Assembly: GCA_017654855.1 (NCBI GenBank)
Contig: CM030334.1
Span: 1,550,001 to 1,614,000 of the forward strand
Length of the DNA: 64,000 nucleotides
Source of the DNA: Podospora anserina
Lineage: Eukaryota
Reading direction: 5' to 3'
The position numbers and the translations under genes were made by a program. Positions 12,465 through 23,288 of this stretch are shown piece after piece; positions within the stretch are counted from its first letter, which is position 1, and each line of letters begins with the position of its first letter. The notes below the pieces were generated by a model, which was given only the letters and a program-made list of their open reading frames with translations, had not been told where the DNA came from and ran no database searches.

Positions 12465-14219
12465 CTACCTCAACTTGTAAACACAAGGCTTCAAAATCGC
12501 CATCTCCCTCCTCTTCCTCTCCTCCTCCTCCCTCTGCTCCCTCCCCGTCCCCACAAACTTCTTCCTATTCTCCACCACCTCCGCCCTCGTCTCCTTCTCC
12601 TTCTTCCTATCCTTGAACCCACCCAACGCCCCAAACCCCCTATCCTTCCCCAACCGACTCGCATTCGGCCCCAGCTTCTTCTCCACCTCCCTCTGCTCCT
12701 TGAACCGCGCCTCCCGTTCCAGCGCCTTGGGGTCAGAGCACTTCCCCACCAGCGCAGGCGCAGCCTTGACAAAGCTCATCCTAACAAACATCTTATTGCT
12801 CATATCAACCGCATGTTCCCCCATATCCCTATTCAGCAAAAACCCCCTCCCCTGCAGCGCAGCTACAAAAGCCGAAATATCCGTGCTGCTCGATTTCTGA
12901 ACGGGGGGCACATCCCCATCGACATGCTCCGCCAACTCGGCCAAATCAGCTGCCTCCTCTTCAGCAAGCTGCTTAGCATTCGGCTTGTTGTTCTTCCTCC
13001 TGTTGCCCACGGAGTGTGACACAACCTTTGCCGGCTGCGTTGTTCCTGACCCGCCAGGGCTGGAAAACCTGGATTTAATCTCCGCCACCCAGAGCTCCCC
13101 CTTCCAACGAAGAATCCGATACGCCTCCTCGATGAAATCAGTCCAGTTCGTCCCCATCAGCGCGAGGCAAAAAACCACCACGTCCACCGTCCCGGGCTCA
13201 AGCGGGAGGTTGGCAATGTCGGCTTTGGTGACCAGGGGGTTACCCCCGGTTTGGAGGTCAAAGCTGTGGATCTGGAGCTTCGACTTTTTGAGGAGCGGTT
13301 GGAGGGTGGCGGCTAGCTTCGCGTCGCCGCAACCTAGGTCGGCGATGGTGCAGATTTTGGTGGAAAAGTCCCTCGGGAGGGGGATGGCGGTTGGGAGGGC
13401 GGGGTGGGATTTGGGTGGTTGGCGGAGGGGGGCGCGGGTTTTGATGTCGGAGATGTAAATGTCGACTGGGTTTTCGGGCCAGACTTCGACTTGGCGGCGG
13501 AAGCCTTCGTGGTATTCGGAAAACATTTCGGGGGAGGTGGAAAAGAGGGAAAAGGATTCTTTGGAGGGGCGGGTGTAGAGGGTTTCGTTTAGGTGGCGGA
13601 AGCGAGCCGAGATGAGCTTTTCGCGCATGGAGGCTTGGAGGGGGGTGAGTTTGGGGCCTGGGGCGGGGGTTGGGGCAGCTGGTTTTGGTGGTGGTGCTGT
13701 GGCTCTGGTTTGGGCATCGTTGTCGACCTTGGGGGGTTGTTGCTTCTTGTCTTTCTTGTTCTTCTTGCCGGTGGCGGTGTCTTGGGCGGCGGCGGGTGTG
13801 GGCTTCGGGGTCTTGTCTTCCTCGTCGTCGAAGCCATTGAAGTCATCCTCGGCGTTCTCCGATGGGGCTACAGACTTCTTCCTTTGCTTCTGCTTCTTGG
13901 CCTTCTTGGGGGTGTTGTCCTCGCTCTTCTCTTCAGCTTGGGCGGTATGCTTGGGGGCGGGCTGATGGTCTGTCTTCTGGCGCTTTGCCTCCTGCTTGCT
14001 CCGCGGCTTGGTCCCTGGCTTGGGAGCCTCCTTGTGCTCGATGACTTGGTCCCAGAGATCAGCAAAGTTGTCGGCCGTCACATTCTGCTGGTTTGGTCTT
14101 TTGCGCTTCCTTGCAGGTTTCAAGGCCGGGGCAGGAGCGGCGTTCACCGGAACGGCACCGTTCTCGGTCTCGATCTTGAGCTTCTCGGCCGAGATACTCA
14201 GGCCTTTGACGGGAAACAT
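12465..14219 (-). CDS. RRP8: rRNA adenine-N1 methyltransferase / ribosomal RNA-processing protein 8
   Basis: KLISARFRHLNETLY, YHEGFRRQVEVWPENPVD, ADLGCGDA, FCLALMGTNW and AEIKSRF. First ATG is at 14219 (MFPVKG). Confidence 0.92.
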   Translation of the reverse strand: MFPVKGLSISAEKLKIETENGAVPVNAAPAPALKPARKRKRPNQQNVTADNFADLWDQVIEHKEAPKPGTKPRSKQEAKRQKTDHQPAPKHTAQAEEKSEDNTPKKAKKQKQRKKSVAPSENAEDDFNGFDDEEDKTPKPTPAAAQDTATGKKNKKDKKQQPPKVDNDAQTRATAPPPKPAAPTPAPGPKLTPLQASMREKLISARFRHLNETLYTRPSKESFSLFSTSPEMFSEYHEGFRRQVEVWPENPVDIYISDIKTRAPLRQPPKSHPALPTAIPLPRDFSTKICTIADLGCGDAKLAATLQPLLKKSKLQIHSFDLQTGGNPLVTKADIANLPLEPGTVDVVVFCLALMGTNWTDFIEEAYRILRWKGELWVAEIKSRFSSPGGSGTTQPAKVVSHSVGNRRKNNKPNAKQLAEEEAADLAELAEHVDGDVPPVQKSSSTDISAFVAALQGRGFLLNRDMGEHAVDMSNKMFVRMSFVKAAPALVGKCSDPKALEREARFKEQREVEKKLGPNASRLGKDRGFGALGGFKDRKKEKETRAEVVENRKKFVGTGREQREEEERKRREMAILKPCVYKLR

Positions 14220-17191
14220 GATGGCAGTCGAAAGAACTGGCGGTTGGACTGGATTGGTGGCTGGCCGCAGTTGCGCTGGCAGTCTGTTGTCTGTCGCCTG
14301 TTGCTGTCGTCCAAAAGACGAAGAAAAATTTAGTGGGGCCAGGATCGGCAAGCCGTCAGCCCCCACATTGGGGTTAAAGCTTGAGTGGACCGTGCGGTGG
14401 AGATCAACGGCCCAAGCTCCCGTGAGGTGTCCTGTGAAGTTTCACAACCATCTTCTTCTTCGAACATGCCTCGGTTTCCCACCCCAAATTAACAATCATA
14501 TGCTGTGTCCCTCCCGCCTCTGTGCTTCTTCAGCCTTGCGGCCGAAACTGACAGCTGATCCCTGGACTCTTTGTCCGGTTTGGGACATGCAACGACAACA
14601 ACGGAGGTGTCATCCGGTTTGGCCGATGTTGAAGAGAATCCCCTCACAGAATCCCAGGCCCGTTTTTTTGAAGCTTGGGGCATCAGTTGATCGTGGAGCT
14701 TAGTTATTCCATGTCCTGATCCGATCCAGCATATGTCAGTTCTCGATCGTCATACATCTTGACCATTCTCGTCGAGAACCTCGCATTCTCGGCCGTCAAT
14801 GCATTCTGCCGTGCATCTATCTCCCCGGCATCTCTCCGTGCTTACTTTTTCTACTGTACCTCGAGTTCGAAGCTACCTATGCAGGACCCCGGGCTCGCCG
14901 CACACACACACACACACACAACGCAACTTCACATGTCTTTTGTCTTGGTTATCCAAAGCAATCTCGCAGATCCAGTGTTTGACACAGATTGAAGCCAGAA
15001 TAAGACCGGAAGTATTCAGACGGCCCGCGGGATACACAGCATTTTTCTATACAAAGAAAGCCAGTCTGGGTTTGCAGTGCGACTTGTTCATGGGGAGTAT
15101 CGGCCCTTTACAGCTTCTGATGGCCACAAAATTTGGTGCCATGATACCAAAGAGCACTTGGCAACCGTTTCGGCTTCTCGCTCACCGTTACCACGCCAAG
15201 ATTTACTAGTGATGGACGGCCGTTGAGCGGGCGCCCGGAGGTGTTCGATGTTGCAGTTTACTTTTTTGAATATCCATAGAGCGGCAGTCGGAGCTGAAAA
15301 GCCCTATCATGTGAAGAGATGCATGATAATTTAGGCATGGAAGCCGCAGAGAATATTCCATAGATTAACGAGGCGGGATGTTTGGTTGGGACAGAGAGGA
15401 ACTTGTGCTCTTGATGGAGGGGAGCAAGAGTGGGGGATTATCGGGATATGCTTGGTCCATCCCATCACCCTATCCACCTCCACTCAGGAGTTCACACACT
15501 CTTCTTCATACACTCACCAGTTTCGTTTCTGCATCTTGTTATCACCTACACTAGTTTGCGTCACACGGCACCACCTCGACCCTGACCTTGAACGGTGGGA
15601 CGGCTTGACGCCACAGAGCTGCAGACCAACTCGAAAGCGTCCATCTTCATGTCATAAAACTGCAGCGGTGTTCCTGGTCCGCTCGTGTCACGCTGTCACT
15701 TCCCCACCGAGTTTAGTTGGAGGTCCATAGTACGGTACTAGGTGAACTGACTGACAGGTAGCGCGGGCCACACAACGGCAGCAGCGGCAACGCCGGCATC
15801 AGACTCGTCCCGAGGGATATACCATTATACCTGACGTGTGGAAGGAGGGGAGGGTTACTTTTTTAGAACGCCCGTGGTGACGATGGACGGGACGGCTTGT
15901 TCCCGTCCCCCAGAGCTGGACTGACAGAGAAGTGTACCTGACCTTGTGAGACTGAGAGCTGGAGCGCGCGGGGGGGGAGGGGGGGGGGGCATCTTGGGGG
16001 GACATTCACCCTCCATCATCCTGTCAAGGCGCCACAGCTGCACATGGAGCACGCATACAGGCTGCATCAGCTAACCTGTAGGTCCCGCAACTTCACCGTT
16101 CTGGCCCCTGGTCTGGTGTTAGGGGACTGTAGGAAAGTGGCGCCAATCTCTTGGCCCGTTGAGGCTGCCCCACCTCACGATGCTTGCCCAGCTCTCCAGC
16201 TTGCGGTGGCCGCCCTGTGCTGCGATGCGACTCTCCCCTCGCCAAGCAACAAGTGAGAATTGCGAGCGCCCGATCTGTCCTCGCACCAGAATCTCTTCGA
16301 GCACCATCGGCCCGTGATGCCATCATACAGCGCCGCACCTCTCGACCTGCTCTCCTTTCTCCCTCCATAGCATACCGCCCACGCCTATGTCTCTCTCCTT
16401 CAAGTGAGAGAGTGAGTGAGAGCACTCGGCCGAAGCCACGCTCCCCCCCCCCCACCCCCCGGCTTGTTCCGCCTGACACACCACGTCCACCACCTAGTTA
16501 CCACTATACCACAACAAAGAGAGACGGCCTAGATATCTACACACTACATATAAACGAATATCACCTACCCATACAACGCTGCTCGTCGATATCAGCCTCA
16601 ACGGCTATTGTTTGTCACCCTCACCGCGGGCGGGCTGCCAGGCTACGCCATCTTACACCCAACGGGTACCTGGGGCTGTTTCGGCCGGCACTGGTCTTTT
16701 CCATTCAGCTAATCAACAAGTTAGCGAAACCTCTCCGCGTCCTGTTGTGTCCTGCAGACAGCTGCACCAATTCGGATCATACTCTGGCTTCGCCGGGATC
16801 AATACAAGGCGACCTTCTCCCAAGGTAATTCACAATCTCGTTACACCAGCTTGTCTCAGTCCGTTCCGGTGCATCACCTACGGCATCTGATCCGCCCCAT
16901 TCCACCCTACATACTGACCTTACCTACATAGTTTGTGTGAGTATCTGGGCACCGCGGCGGAGATTTATTACCCGTCTCCCGCCCCCCATTGCCCTCTTGT
17001 CTTGGTCAGATCAAGGGACTACAAACTCATGATATATTCGCCAGACAGCCTCGAGTTTATCATGTGAACGCGCTGAGTTTTCACTAGCACAGATCCGTCA
17101 CACCGCTTTCCCTGTAAAGCTCTTCACTCGCCGTTTTTCTTTCTGCATACTCTACACATTTACCCCCTTTTTTTGACTTACACCAACCATC

Positions 17192-20100
17192 ATGGAGGTC
17201 GACACCCTGGAGGCACAAGCCCCAAAGTCTGCTCCTTCGCCCGAGCCTCCCTCTGGCAATGATCCCTCTGAGCCGCCCAATGGCAAGGGAAACCAGCCGC
17301 CGAAAAAGACAACAGTCAGAAAGAGAACCAAGACTGGCTGCCTCAGTAAGTGTTTACCATGAGCTTGGGTGTCACTGATGAGGCGGGCCTCACTCTTCAG
17401 AATCCTGTGCAGGGCTCCCGCTGACTCCCCTTTTTAGCTTGCCGCAGACGGCGAATCAAATGCGACGAGGGCAAGCCCACCTGCGGGAACTGCATCAAGT
17501 CCAAGAGACAATGTGAGGGATACAACCAGCGCATTGTCTTCAAGGAGTCTATGGGGCCGTTTCCTTCTGGCCACCTTTGGGGACATCCTGTGTACCATCA
17601 GCAGGCCCAGGAGGCCCTTCTGAACGCTCAGCTCTCGGAAGCACAAACCAAGGCTGCCTCGTCACAAGGACCGCTTGCCGCTATTGCTCCCAAGCCGCTA
17701 TCCGTTGATTTTTCTGGTACCGGGACGCACCCTTACTCTCAGGGCTTTGCGGGACCTTCCAACCATTCTATCGCTGGGCCACCCCTCTTTAGCCCGCAGC
17801 ACATCGACCCACAACAACATCACTTGCCTAGCCCGCCGCTCTTGACTCCCAATACTGTTCAGTATCCCGACCAGTATTCTTCACCTGGGGACGGGTTGCC
17901 CTTCTCGGACTATTATGGAGCTCAGACTCAACAGCCGGTTAGCGCTCTTGGACATGTCTCCCCCATTCATGGTCACCATGGTCAATATTCTCATCCTCAA
18001 CCCCATCCCCATGACCAGGGCTATGGCCATGGTCATGGCCAAGAGATCCGGCAGAGTGTTGAGACACAACAGTTGGCTTCGCCAGATACGGCAGCGGTAC
18101 TCAGCGGCACTGTGTCTGTGGAAGAAGGATACTGGCAGTCTGACGATGAAGCTTCCATGATAGCATCAGACGATGAACAAGGGCCGATAGACCCGCACAG
18201 CAGCCATCTCGAGTCCAACGATCTCGGTATCCTCGTGGCTCGGCGTCTCGACACCGACGGTGATGCCTACGGCGTTCACATCCGGTCCTTTGCCGGTCAC
18301 CATGCCACCAACGTCCTCGACACGTACATGCCGTCGTCAGCCAACTCACCCCTCAACGACTCCCAAACCGCCGCCATCTTCTGGTACTTTGTCAACGTCA
18401 CAGGCCAAAGCATGTCTCTCTACGAGCGCCACCCCTTTGACCCCACCCCCATGTTCCAAGGACAGCCCGTCGCCAAGGAACGGCAACACATCTGGACCTG
18501 TTAGTTTTACCACGACTTTATTCGCCCATCTCTGCCTGCCAACCGGACACCCCTTGCTAATATCTCCATCACCAGATACTTTCCCCATCATGGCGTTCAA
18601 TCACCCGGCCCTCATGCAGGCGATGCTCGCGCTGGGTAGTCTGCAAATGGCCAAGCTCCAAGGCCACCCCCCAACAGCAGCGATGAAGCACTACCACTTG
18701 AGTCTCCGACGTATCGCCAAGAACTACCAAAGCCCTACTCGACGGATCCAACCAGCCACTCTGGCAGCTACTTTGCTGCTTGGCTTCTACGAGGTGTGGA
18801 ACTCGGATCACGATAAATGGTGTAAACACATGTGGGGCGCTCGCGCGATCCTGAAGGAGCTTCCCCTACGGCAAATGACGCGTGATATTCTCACTCTGAA
18901 GCGGAGACAGCGGGAGCAAGCGAGGCGTAATCACCAGTGTGATGAGCTTTGTTTCGACTCGCGTCATCATGAGCAAAAGGATGACTGGCCGGAGCCGGAC
19001 ACGGAGTTTATTGAGAGTCTGACGGGGTTGAAGGTTGATTATGGCGGGGGGGAGGGGTATGTTGTTGTTGGGGGGGAGGAGAGGGTGAGGAGGTTGACGG
19101 AGAGGGATGTTGAAAAGTATGAGCAGATTAGGGATTTGTATTGGTGGTATTGCAAGATGGATATTTATCAGAGTTTTCTGGGGGGGACGAGGCCTTTGTA
19201 AGTGTTTTTTTTTCTTGGGTTAGGGATGAAGGGATGGTGGACTGACGACGTTTGGGGAACAGCATGAATTATGAGGCGTGGACGCAGTGTATTCCTAGGG
19301 GGCCGTTTGGGAAGATTGATTCGATGTAAGTTTTGAGGGGGGTGGTGTTTGGGTTGAGATGGTGGTAGAAGGCTGACTTGAGTTGGGTAGTTATGGGACT
19401 TTTGACCATTTGATGTTGTTGTTGGGACGGTTGGCGAGTTTTGCGTCGAAGGATTTGACGAGGAAGAGGAAGGCGAGGAAGTATGGGCCGCCGCCCGGGG
19501 CTCCGGGTGGTCCTGGCGGTCCTCCTGGTAGTGGTCCCCCGGGTGGTCCTCCTGGCGGTTTTGAGGGTGGTCCCCCAGGAAGATTCCCCGGCGGTAGTCC
19601 TCCTGGTGCCGGCCCCCCTGGAGGCTTCCCGGGTGGCCCGCCCGGAACTTTCCCCGGCGGTCCCCCGGGACCCGGCCAGGGAAGAGGTGCATCTCCACCC
19701 CCCTTCACCGGCCTAATGCCATCCTCGGGCACCTTCGACATCCCCAAAGGCTTCTCTCCACCCCGGGAGTCCACCCCTCCCCCGGACTCTTCTTCCTCCT
19801 CGGAAGAACCAGAAGACTTCTCCACCTCGACCGCCAAAGCCCTCCAAGAATGGGAATCCATCCGCGCCGCCTTTGAGCTCTTCCGCTCCAAGCTCGGCCC
19901 CGACTTTGAGCCCATGGGTCCTGACTTTGCGCCCCCGGACATGACCCCCTTTGGCCCGGCTTTGATCTACAGGACTTACAGCATCGCGGGGATATGGATG
20001 AATTACTACATGGGGCTGATTATTTTGCACAGAAGCCACCCGTCGATGCCCCCGATTGCGATATATGCCGCCGGCATGGCGGCGCAGCAGACGGGGAGGT

Positions 20101-20739
20101 GGGCTAATGAGATTGCGAGGATCGCGGCGGGGTTGCATGAGGATACCACGCATGTTAGTGCTGTGAGCACGCTGGTGGGTGCGGCGTTTATAGAGAGCTG
20201 TTTTTGCTTGTTTGTGGCTGGGGTGCAGGTAAGGGGGTTTCCTGTTTGTCCTTTTCCGCTGTTGTTGCTGGGGGGTGGTGGGGGGTTGGGGTCGCCGAGT
20301 AGTTCGGTGGGATGACCTCTTTTTTTGTTTTGTTTTTGATGCTGTGATGATGATGATGATGATGATGATGGCTGTGATGATGATGATATGGGTTCTTCCA
20401 GACGTATTATGATGATCCCCTTTTTTGTTGGTGGATGTGACTAGATTTCCTTGTCCAATTTTTTTTCTTTTCTTTTTCTTTTTTTTTTCCTTTTTCTTTT
20501 CTTTTTTTTCTTCTTTTTTTTCAAGTGTGTTGTATTACTATGTACACGATAGATTTTTTTCTTGTCTTTTGTTTCTCTTCGTCATCATGTACACTACTAG
20601 ATTCCTTTTTTGTTTTGTTTTGTCTTCTGAGGTTGCCGTCGCCATGTACATGATTAGACATTGTTGTCCCTCCTCGCGAGCCTCACCGTCGTCATGTACA
20701 TGGTAGACGTCAACCTCTTCTCTCGTGTTGTCATCATCG

Positions 20740-20826
<87 letters not shown>

Positions 20827-21320
20827 TATCATCATCATCGTCTTCACCACCCACCCCAACCTCCACCCCCCTTGGTTCCCTCATCACCAACACATCCCTC
20901 ATCAACTTTGTAGATAAATCTCGCTAACATCCCCAGTTCCAATCCCTCCCCCAACGCCACTTCACCATCCGCCGCCTCCGCGACATAGCCCGGCTAACAG
21001 GCTGGCAATCCGCCCGCCAAATCGCCGACGGCTGCGAGTCCGGCTGGAACAAAGCCGCCTCCCTCGGCCGCGGCCCACCCTACCACTCACCCCCCGAGCT
21101 CGGCCCCCTATTCCCAGACAACATCTGGAACCGTCCCCGGCGCATCGACCGCCGGATCCGCGAGATTGAAGCCTCGGAAGAAGCCCCAGACGGGAAACTC
21201 GTCCTGGCAAAAACAGAACAAGCTCACTACGCGCTTGGGCTGCTGAGCGTGGAGCGGGATTTGGATGAACTGGTAATTGTTGAGGAGGAGGATGAGAAGA
21301 GGAGGAGGGGGGGGAACTAG
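17192..21320 (+). CDS. Zn(II)2Cys6 transcription factor with C-terminal fungal TF domain (Moc3/OefC-like)
   Basis: Spliced [38 protein letters not shown]. Introns 17346..17437, 18500..18575, 19198..19262, 19326..19390 and 20229..20936. The last exon reads FQSLPQRHFTIRRLRDIARLTGWQSARQIADGCESGW to TAG at 21318-21320. Subfamily assignment is tentative. Confidence 0.88.
20346..20387 (+). repeat. (GAT)8 plus (GAT)4 microsatellite in TF intron 5
   Basis: Read directly from the sequence. Confidence 0.9.
20740..20839 (+). repeat. (CAT)~29 microsatellite with short extension, in TF intron 5
   Basis: Read directly from the sequence. Confidence 0.95.
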
Positions 21321-21749
21321 AGGGGGGGTAAAAGGGGGTTGCAAGATACCATTGAAAAGGGAGGTTTGCTTGATCTGCGGTTGTTGTTCGGTTTACGATG
21401 GTGTTTCGGTGTTGATTTTCAGAAGGGGTGCCCGGAAGACAAAAAAAAAAGGGATATATACATCACTTACAGGTCAAAATATCTTGTACAACAAAACAGA
21501 TAGTACCTACCAGACAGATACAGGAAGAGCAAGAGTTTCACATGATACAGCTTTCTCCATTTCGTTCCATTTACCCTTAGTTCACTAGCAAAAGACCCAG
21601 CTCTATTCTCGAAACATGCTCAGCTGGACGAGATCAAGAACAGTTCACCATCTCTATCTCCCGGCTCACAACCCCCTAATCTCAACCTCCATATCCACAG
21701 CACCCCCAGCAAAAGCAGAAGGAGGAGGAGCAGCCCCACCCGCGGCCGC

Positions 21750-22755
21750 CTAGTTCGCAGGAAGCCTCTCCACCACCGCAGCCATCTCCTCATCCGTGTA
21801 TATTCTGAACCCGCGCTCCTTGGTGACGCTAGCAAGCTGGACATTCTTGGAGTCGAGCTTCTCCTCCATGACCTGCTTCAACGTCTTGAGAACCAGAGTC
21901 TCCGCATCCTCGATGGTCAACGACTGGATTTTCCCGTCAGCACCCTCTATACCCTTGTATGTATGTTGTCAAGGAAAGCAAACCTTGTGATACTCATTCT
22001 GCAACTCCGCCTGCGCCCCCTCACTCCCACTCCCAATAGCCTTGGCATCATACCTGTAAAACGTCCCGCTCGGCTCGGCATGGTACAAGCTCGGCCCGTC
22101 CTCGTCATAGCCCGCAATCAACAACGCCACACCAAACGGTCTGGACATGATGCTCTCCTCTCCATCGGCGCTCTCGCCGAAGCGGAGGGCAAGATCGCAA
22201 ATGGCCTGGGTGCAGGACTCGACGCGGAGGTTCTCGTTGTAGTTGAAGGCGTGGGATTGGCACTCTACGCGGGCGTGCTCGACCATGGAGCGGGCGTCGG
22301 CTTGGAGGCCCGACATTGCGCAGCCGATGTGGCGGTCGATCTCGACGATCTTCTCGACGGAGGAGGTCTCGAGGAGGGAGGAGGTGACGCGCTTTTCGAC
22401 GCCGAGGATGACGCCGGTGGAGGTGGAGATGCCGATGGCGGTTGAGCCGAGTTTGATTGCTTCGAGGGAGTATTCTACTTGGAAGAGGCGGCCTTCGGGG
22501 GAGAAGGTGCTTTTGGGAGGGGGGGGGGTTGGTTGGTTAGCTGGATTGGTGATGGGTTGGACTGGTATGGCGGGGACTTTGAAGTTGGAGAGATCGGTGA
22601 GAGAGAAGGGAATGAAACAGAAAAGAGGCTTACTTGATACCCCGATCTGTAAAGACATGTTAGCTATATGTGATTTAAGGTATGCGACTCTGCTAAGTGG
22701 CATGGATCGAGCTGATGGAGGGGGACGTACCATATTCTGATCTTGCCATAAACAT
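21750..22755 (-). CDS. PUP2: 20S proteasome subunit alpha type-5
   Basis: Spliced [36 protein letters not shown], plus SRPFGVALL. Introns 22730..22647, 22633..22510 and 21983..21924; exon 2 is 13 nt. Confidence 0.96.
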
Positions 22756-23288
22756 CTTGGCGGTGTTTTGGGGGTGGTTGTGATTAAGTGGCCGGTGGGT
22801 GTTGGAAGGTAAGAGTCAAAAAAACAGCTCAAGCCGAAAATATCGTAGTTAATGTCGTCGCTGGTTGTTGAAAGTGAGATACTCCCGTCTGTAGTGGAGG
22901 AGAAGCTGTAATGGCAGTGAGCTCCCTCCAGGCACGGAGGTCTACGAAGCTCTCCACCCGCTGGCAGCCAGGCGACCAACTGTAGACGAAGGAAGGCCCC
23001 CTGTAAATGTACCCAGGTACCTTGACCCCAGCCTTGCCCTGCCGCTGTAAACCCGCGCTAGTCCCGATTCGGGACAGCAAAGAGCCGGCGCGTGAATCCA
23101 TCCATGGCCATTGTCGCGTTTTGGGGCTTGGAAAGCTCCCGCGACTTGGCATTGGCAGGGCAGAGGTAATCACTATCTTATCACCACATATCTGCCGCCC
23201 AGAGGTTGTTGTTCAACATCATTTTGTGATCATCACTGCCCAGTAGCCCAATGCCGGCACCGGCAGCCGTAAGAGGAGGACGAACACA

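Noticed and set aside
20540..20708. Repeat-spacer pattern reminiscent of CRISPR
   Set aside because: Eukaryotic intron, repeats too short and degenerate, and no cas genes. Kept only as a motif array.
20654..20927. Poly-His, poly-Ser and poly-Asp ORFs
   Set aside because: Translations of the intronic (CAT)n microsatellite.
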